Positions 26,531 through 32,000 of a DNA stretch of 32,000 nt are shown here, in pieces. This stretch comes from an uncultured Lentisphaeria bacterium (lineage in GTDB: Bacteria > Verrucomicrobiota > Lentisphaeria > JABSQK01 > JAJFLO01). How positions within the stretch are numbered: position 1 is the first letter of the stretch; each line of letters begins with the position of its first letter. Where the stretch lies: contig OX638337.1 of assembly GCA_951812855.1 (NCBI GenBank), positions 1,560,001-1,592,000 of the forward strand. Direction: 5' to 3'. The notes under the pieces were generated by a model, which was not told the origin of the DNA, ran no database searches, and worked only from the letters and a program-made list of their open reading frames with translations. A program made the translations under genes and the position numbers.

Positions 26531-27139
26531 TTAAAGCAGTGGCCTTCTTGAATCCAGTGCCATGGCCATTGTTGCTGAATCTGCATAGGTAAGATCTGAA
26601 CCCACAGGAATGCCCAGGGCAATTCTGGAAATATTAAGCTGAAACTGGTCTTTTAATTCGTTTGCCAGATAAACCGCTGTTGCTTCACCCTCAACATCCG
26701 GGCTGGTTGATAATATAATCTCCCTGATATTATTTTCTTTAATGCGATCAATAAGTTGATTTATCCTTAAATTTTCAGCATGAATATTTGAAAGAGGATC
26801 AATTTTACCACCCAGGACATGGTATAATCCGTTGTACCGGCCGCAGTTGTCAATGGCGGCTATTTGCTGAGGGTATTCGACGACACAGATTACGTCATTA
26901 TTCCGCTTAGGATTGAGGCAAACTTCACAAAGTTCTTTTTCGGCTAAATTTCCGCAGATGTCACAATGAGTAACCTTTTCTTTTAATGTAGATATTTGTT
27001 CCCCGAGCCTTCTCAAATCGTCAGATTCCCAATCAAGTAAAGCCAGAGTAAGACGCTCTGAAGTACGTTTCCCGACACCGGGAAGGGAACTTAATGATTG
27101 GGATAATTCTTTTATTGGGATTGGATAATGGTTAGACAT
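26531..27139 (-). CDS. recR: recombination protein RecR
   Basis: 202 aa. HhH (LPGVGKRTSERL), C4 zinc finger (CDICGN...CEVC), Toprim (VVEYPQQIAAIDN...). Confidence 0.96.
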   Translation of the reverse strand: MSNHYPIPIKELSQSLSSLPGVGKRTSERLTLALLDWESDDLRRLGEQISTLKEKVTHCDICGNLAEKELCEVCLNPKRNNDVICVVEYPQQIAAIDNCGRYNGLYHVLGGKIDPLSNIHAENLRINQLIDRIKENNIREIILSTSPDVEGEATAVYLANELKDQFQLNISRIALGIPVGSDLTYADSATMAMALDSRRPLL

Positions 27140-27370
27140 TCTGATAAAGTCGGATATTATTCGCAGTTCCTGAATATTTTCAGAAGACGTCTAAAATTTT
27201 GAATCAGGAGTTTTAGGGTTTGTGGAACATTCAAATAAAGAATCGATATATATTTGTTTAGCCTCTTCAATTATATGCCAGTCTGTGTAAGTATCCAGCA
27301 GAACCCGTTAAATTATTAAACAATTGCAGCAGATTAAATTAATTATATCAATTGAGAAATATTATCAAGT

Positions 27371-28879
27371 ATGTATCTAAAATCATTAAATGAGAAAATA
27401 CGGTGTATGCTGTTGTTGATATGTTTGATTCTGCTACTCCAGACATTTTTGATGAATCAGGCAGTCGGGGCTGAAATCAGTCCGGACAGAGTTAGAAAAA
27501 GTTTGGTAAGGATCCTCTGCACAACTCAATCTCCAGATTATCAAACACCCTGGAATCCGGGCAGGATTGGACGGGGTGTCGGGAGTGGATTTATAATATC
27601 AGATTCAAGAATTATGACGAACGCCCATGTCGTAAGCAATGCTAAATTTATCCACGTTGATAAAGATGGGGATTCGAAAAAATATGCGGCCGAAGTTCTA
27701 TTCATCGCCCATGATTGTGATTTAGCAATTCTTACCGTAAAAAACCATGGTTTTTTTAACGGGACGGAGGTGCTTTCAACAGGAGGGATTCCAGAGATGC
27801 ACTCGAATGTAACAGCCTTTGGTTATCCTATTGGCGGTGATCGCATGTCAGTGACGCGGGGTGTTGTCTCTCGGATAGAATTTAGAATTTATTCACATTC
27901 AGGATTAGATTCTCATTTAACGATTCAGATTGATGCTGCGATTAATCCTGGAAATAGCGGAGGTCCAGTCATTCAAAATGGAAGAGTTATTGGAGTTGCT
28001 TTTCAGGGATATAGTGGTGCGGTTGCCCAAAACACCGGGTATATGATTCCAGTACCTGTTATGAATCGATTCTTGAAAGATATAGAAGATGGTAAATATG
28101 ATGGATATGTTGAACTTGGAATTCATTATTTGAATCTGCAAAATCCCAGTTATCGGGAGAAACTGAATTTTAAATCTGAAACTGGCAACGGTGTTGTTAT
28201 AACTGAAGTTGTTAAAGCTGCCTCGGCGGGCGGTAAATTAAAAATTGGAGATGTTCTTTTAAAGATAGATGGCCATTCAATTTCAAGTGACGGGCATATT
28301 GTTCTTGACGGCGAGTATGTACAGCTTGAAGAAGTCGTTGAACGCAAGTTTCATGGTGATAGAGTTACCTTCTCACTGTTAAGGGACGGGAAGTTGATAT
28401 CCGTTGTGGTAGAACTGAAAGGCGCCTGGCCGTATTCGATATTAGCAAATAAGTATAATGTGAGACCTGAATTTATTATGTTTGCCGGATATTTATTTCA
28501 ACCGCTGGATCGAAATTTTCTGAATGCTTATAAATCTAAAGATTTGGATCTTAATTATCATTATAGTCACTTTGTAAAAAATGAATTATATCTGGAACGC
28601 CCGCAAATTGTTGTATTAAGTTCAATAATGCCTGATCCTGTTAATAGTTACGGCAGCGAATTTGTGAATTCTATTATTGATGAAATTAACGGCATCAAAA
28701 TTAAATCGCTTCGGGATGTTGCTGAGGTTTTTGGTAAAAAAAGTGAATTTTACGTCGTTAAATTTCTGAATTCGGGTAAACCACTGATAATTGAAGAGCG
28801 TTTAGTAGATGCTGCCCAAACGAGAATTAAAAACCAATATAATGTTTTTGAAGATTCTTATATCAACCATTCGAACTAA
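27371..28879 (+). CDS. secreted trypsin-fold serine protease with PDZ domains (HtrA/Deg family, Deg9-like architecture)
   Basis: Signal peptide (..NQAVGA|E). Catalytic His in TNAHVV, Asp in HDCDLAIL, Ser in NPGNSGGPV. PDZ-like region (GVVITEV...GDVLLKIDG). Confidence 0.9.
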   Translation: MYLKSLNEKIRCMLLLICLILLLQTFLMNQAVGAEISPDRVRKSLVRILCTTQSPDYQTPWNPGRIGRGVGSGFIISDSRIMTNAHVVSNAKFIHVDKDGDSKKYAAEVLFIAHDCDLAILTVKNHGFFNGTEVLSTGGIPEMHSNVTAFGYPIGGDRMSVTRGVVSRIEFRIYSHSGLDSHLTIQIDAAINPGNSGGPVIQNGRVIGVAFQGYSGAVAQNTGYMIPVPVMNRFLKDIEDGKYDGYVELGIHYLNLQNPSYREKLNFKSETGNGVVITEVVKAASAGGKLKIGDVLLKIDGHSISSDGHIVLDGEYVQLEEVVERKFHGDRVTFSLLRDGKLISVVVELKGAWPYSILANKYNVRPEFIMFAGYLFQPLDRNFLNAYKSKDLDLNYHYSHFVKNELYLERPQIVVLSSIMPDPVNSYGSEFVNSIIDEINGIKIKSLRDVAEVFGKKSEFYVVKFLNSGKPLIIEERLVDAAQTRIKNQYNVFEDSYINHSN

Positions 28880-28895
28880 TGTCAGGTTCCTGAGA

Positions 28896-30392
28896 ATGTT
28901 ACTGTCAAACTATATAAATCAACCTAAGTTTTTTCAGGTCTTTTTGATATTTTCCATGATGCTGCCAGTCATTCAGGCAGAGAATGTTGATAAATTAAAG
29001 CAATCAATGGTTCGTGTGTCAGTAACGAGTCAATCCTACAGCTTTGTTCGCCCATGGGAGAAGAAACGGCCAGAGTCGAAACGAGGTATTGGTGTTATTA
29101 TTGAAAAAAATTTAATACTCGTCACAGCAGCTTTAGTCGAAAATGCGACCTATCTGGAACTCGAGAAATTGGAGACCGGCGAAAAAAGTCCCGCAAAAAT
29201 TATAGCAGTTGACTATTCTGCAAATTTGGGTTTAATCGCCCCGGTAAGAGATGACTTTTTATGTAGCAATTGTAAGCCAATACCGATCACAAAGAAGAAG
29301 TCTAAAATCGGAGACACATTTTCAGTTTGGCAGTTTGAAGAAAATGGTACGCCGATTGTCGGAAATGCTACATTAAAATCGGTTCATGTAGAAAGTTACC
29401 CGTACAATCGTGGTTCATTGCTGGTTTTTGAAATCAAGGTTTTATTGTCCCGGGCAGGAGGGAGTTATACACTGCCAGTTCTCTGTAAAGGTAAATTGGC
29501 AGGATTGATGATGCGGCATAATCAGGGAAACGAGACGATGACCTTGGTGCCGTCTCCAATTATTATACATTTTATCACAGATTATAATGATGGTAATTAT
29601 AATGGATTCCCCAGAGCCGGATTCGGAGTTTTAAATTTAGAGGATCCTCAGACCCGGCGATATTTAGGTGCGGATCATCATGATTCTGGAGTTTATGTTG
29701 AGAAAGTTCAGCCTGGAAGTGCTGCATTCGAAGCAGACCTCAAAGTTGGTGATGTCCTGTTGGCTATAGGAGATTACACTATTGATAAATTCGGACAATA
29801 CAAAGATCCGGACTTTGGCAAATTGTTATTGTCACACCTTGTGACAGCGTGCTCATATGTCGGGGATTTTCTGAATTTCCGAATTTTAAGAGACAAAAAA
29901 GAAATAGATTTAAAGCTGAAGTTGAAACCGTTTAATTCTGAAGAATACGCAATTCCCCCATTCAAAGTAGATAAAAAACCCAAATATACGATTGTAAGTG
30001 GTCTTGTTTTTCAAGAACTTTCCCGAGAATATTTAAGAGAATGGGGGGCTAATTGGTTTACCTCAGCACCTCAGGAATTTGTCTATTTCGATATCAACCA
30101 ATGGGAATTAATTCCATTAGGTCAGAAGTTTGTCTTTTTAAGTCAGGTTTTACCTTCTGAAGGTAATATTGGTTATCATAATCTGCGATTTTTACGTGTT
30201 ACTGAAATTAATGATATGCCAATAAATCGGATAGAGGAGATCGACGACGCAATTGCTAAAAATTCTACTCCGTACATTAAGGTTGAATTTGAAAGTTCAC
30301 CCAGGGTTATTTATCTGGATGCGAAACGTCTTGAGAATGAAAATGAAAAAATTCAGGAGCGCTACGGGATATCCAGCCTGACTCAGTTTTGA
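28896..30392 (+). CDS. secreted Deg/HtrA-like paralogue lacking the catalytic His and Asp (predicted pseudoprotease) with PDZ domain
   Basis: Start at Met30 of the ORF-track frame (MLLSNYINQPKFFQVFLIFSMMLPVIQA|EN, signal peptide), 17 nt after the upstream stop. Collinear with the upstream protease, but TNAHVV becomes VTAALV and DCDLAIL becomes SANLGLI. The PDZ block is retained (GVYVEKV...GDVLLAIGD). Confidence 0.75.
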   Translation: MLLSNYINQPKFFQVFLIFSMMLPVIQAENVDKLKQSMVRVSVTSQSYSFVRPWEKKRPESKRGIGVIIEKNLILVTAALVENATYLELEKLETGEKSPAKIIAVDYSANLGLIAPVRDDFLCSNCKPIPITKKKSKIGDTFSVWQFEENGTPIVGNATLKSVHVESYPYNRGSLLVFEIKVLLSRAGGSYTLPVLCKGKLAGLMMRHNQGNETMTLVPSPIIIHFITDYNDGNYNGFPRAGFGVLNLEDPQTRRYLGADHHDSGVYVEKVQPGSAAFEADLKVGDVLLAIGDYTIDKFGQYKDPDFGKLLLSHLVTACSYVGDFLNFRILRDKKEIDLKLKLKPFNSEEYAIPPFKVDKKPKYTIVSGLVFQELSREYLREWGANWFTSAPQEFVYFDINQWELIPLGQKFVFLSQVLPSEGNIGYHNLRFLRVTEINDMPINRIEEIDDAIAKNSTPYIKVEFESSPRVIYLDAKRLENENEKIQERYGISSLTQF

Positions 30393-30461
30393 TAACACGT
30401 ATTACGATCAACGTCTTAAATTTTTTCTTTCAATAATGTTTCTATATCCATTTAGAATTTA

Positions 30462-30935
30462 TTATGTTTTCGCAGGTTCCCTGAGCAGACAGATTCCTGA
30501 TACCCCTAGAATAATCAATATGATGCCGAGCGAAAATCGATTAAATTCGGACCATTTTGGGCCGGGTTTAAGTCGTGAATCCTGTGGATTTTCGGGATTA
30601 TAATACACAACAACAGATTTTCCAATTTGATTGTCACTGATTGTTTTATAGGCGACTTCTTTTCGAGAGCTTTTCATACCAAAGCCGGGAACCTGCATAG
30701 TTGATTTATCAGTGTAGTTTATGTCATTGACACGGTATTTGTAATAGACTAACGGGATATACATCCGTCGTTCGATAACCTCATTATGGATGATCGTTCC
30801 TGTTATTGCAGGCCATTTTTTTCGTTTCATTCCATCCAGTATGTTGCTTAACTCCAGTCTCATCATTATCATGCCGGCGATGATAATTGCGAAAAGGACG
30901 CCTGAAATTTTTAATTTGTTTTTTGAATTACTCAT
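30462..30935 (-). CDS. DUF3592-family membrane protein
   Basis: N- and C-terminal TM helices flank a soluble domain with the DUF3592 pattern (W..ITGTI...Y.P.V.Y.Y.V....Y....G..V.VYYNPENP). Confidence 0.7.
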   Translation of the reverse strand: MSNSKNKLKISGVLFAIIIAGMIMMRLELSNILDGMKRKKWPAITGTIIHNEVIERRMYIPLVYYKYRVNDINYTDKSTMQVPGFGMKSSRKEVAYKTISDNQIGKSVVVYYNPENPQDSRLKPGPKWSEFNRFSLGIILIILGVSGICLLREPAKT

Positions 30936-31269
30936 TAATATTCATACATCGTGTTTTAAATATAAAAAACTGATGAAATTGGTATACAGACAGTTTATAT
31001 AAAGCCAAATCAAATCATTTAACTGTGAGATTTTCAATTCAAATGAAATTATATAAAAATATATGATACTGTACCACCCTGCGTTCCTTGCAGCTGTCAG
31101 TTTATTATCGTTATTTACCAACATATAAGTTTGTAAAGGAAGACGTTATAAAGCAAGTGAAGTTTGATATTACGCACGATAATTCGGAATTTGAGATCAT
31201 TATTCAGTAGTGTCTGAATAACTTTGGAATTTAATAATGACTCTTAGAATAAGATTCTTATAAACCCGT

Positions 31270-31306
31270 AGGTATATCAATAAATTCACAATTTATTGAT
31301 ATACCT
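31270..31306 (-). terminator. perfect 16-bp inverted repeat with 5-nt loop, overlapping the NIF3-gene stop codon
   Basis: aggtatatcaataaat (31270-31285), tcaca loop, atttattgatatacct (31291-31306). The stop codon (31293-31295) and last 4 codons lie in one arm. The stem is AT-rich and no clean U-tract follows, so terminator function is uncertain. Confidence 0.35.
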
Positions 31307-32000
31307 GTTCTATTCTTTCTAAAACTGCAAGTATGCCGGGTACTTCGGTTTTGTAATGACCGCAGGTAATTACAGTCATATCCAATTCCTTAATAATATG
31401 GTAATAGGTATGATCCCCTTCACCGGTTATTAAGCAGTCCAGCCCTAATCGTTTACATTCGTAAATTGCACTTAAACCTGACCCGGATATAATACCGATT
31501 CTCTTCAATTTTTTATCATTAAAATCGTAAACTCTGGATTGGGTTTTTAGCTTTTCATCAAGCATATCAGCAAGTTCCGTTGATGTACCGGGGCTGCTTA
31601 GGTCTCCATATACACCTATTTCAACATTTGCATATTCAGCAAAGCAGGTCTGATTTTCCAGATTGACTGCCTTTGCAATTTGAGAGTTATGACCCAGTTC
31701 ACGGTGGGCATCAAGAGGTAAGTGAGAAGCATATAAAGAAATTTCGTTTTGAAATAATACTTTGAATCGGGATGCAATATTGCCTGTAAAAAATTTTATT
31801 CCGTCACCCCAGCTTTCACCGTGGTGGACAAGAATAAAATCGGCTGATTTCTTTATGGCCTGCTGGTATAATTCTAAACATGCATCAACCCCGCCAATTA
31901 CTCTTGAAACACTTGATTTACCTTCTATCTGCAGACCGTTATTTGACTTATCTTCTGGAATTGCCTGATTATTTAATAAATCATCGAGATAGAAAGTTAA
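31293..32000 (-). CDS. NIF3-family dinuclear metal centre protein (GTP cyclohydrolase 1 type 2 homologue), N-terminus beyond the right edge
   Basis: The frame is open from base 32000. My translation is LTFYLDDLLNNQAIPEDKSNNGLQIEG...FILVHHGESWGDG...SLYASHLPLDAH..., joining the track ORF (MLDEKL...ITGEGDHTYYH...GHYKTE). The ORF track shows only the part after an internal Met. Confidence 0.85.
   Translation of the reverse strand, partial: LTFYLDDLLNNQAIPEDKSNNGLQIEGKSSVSRVIGGVDACLELYQQAIKKSADFILVHHGESWGDGIKFFTGNIASRFKVLFQNEISLYASHLPLDAHRELGHNSQIAKAVNLENQTCFAEYANVEIGVYGDLSSPGTSTELADMLDEKLKTQSRVYDFNDKKLKRIGIISGSGLSAIYECKRLGLDCLITGEGDHTYYHIIKELDMTVITCGHYKTEVPGILAVLERIEQVYQ

Noticed and set aside
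28809-28895. ORF-track start of the second Deg-like gene, overlapping the first by 71 nt
   Set aside because: The extension encodes no signal peptide. Met30 (28896) begins a typical signal sequence and lies 17 nt after the upstream stop.
30942-31124. 60-aa minus-strand ORF in the spacer between the NIF3 and DUF3592 genes
   Set aside because: Extremely AT-rich, I/Y/F/L/N-dominated translation, with no RBS or motif. Most likely chance.

Overview
AT-rich bacterial chromosomal segment, probably from a diderm (lipoboxes, signal-peptide proteases). GC content was not computed. Most of the window is housekeeping.

Minus strand, left to right:
- sucB-lpdA (2-oxoglutarate dehydrogenase E2/E3, with no adjacent E1).
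- dtd.
- A long suf Fe-S operon: sufB-sufC-sufD-sufS-sufU-[broken Rrf2 regulator]-sufT.
- murF followed by trpC-trpB-trpA.
- recR, a DUF3592 membrane protein, and a NIF3-family gene that runs off the right edge.

Plus strand:
- acs and yjbQ.
- An ECF sigma / zinc-finger anti-sigma pair.
- A CPBP intramembrane protease.
- A tandem pair of secreted Deg/HtrA-like proteins (one active, one apparently catalytically dead).

The non-housekeeping part is the left 4.3 kb. A 782-aa GHKL (Bergerat-fold, MORC-like) ATPase sits 2 nt upstream of a cytosine-5 DNA methyltransferase that leaves the window. This is my best candidate for an undescribed methylation-linked defence-type system, but it is truncated by the window edge. 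Next to it is an islet of small orphan genes and lipoproteins, one with a perfect 12-bp x5 in-frame tandem repeat.

The window also holds several independent gene relics:
- motA/motB-like stator fragments.
- An Rrf2 regulator with a frameshift plus an in-frame TGA at the position of the first Fe-S cysteine ligand.
- An IS5-type transposase tail.
- A glutaredoxin-like gene cut off just as its FAD-binding motif begins.

No rRNA, tRNA or CRISPR array was recognised. All calls rest on reading motifs in the supplied translations and on my own translations. No database search was possible.
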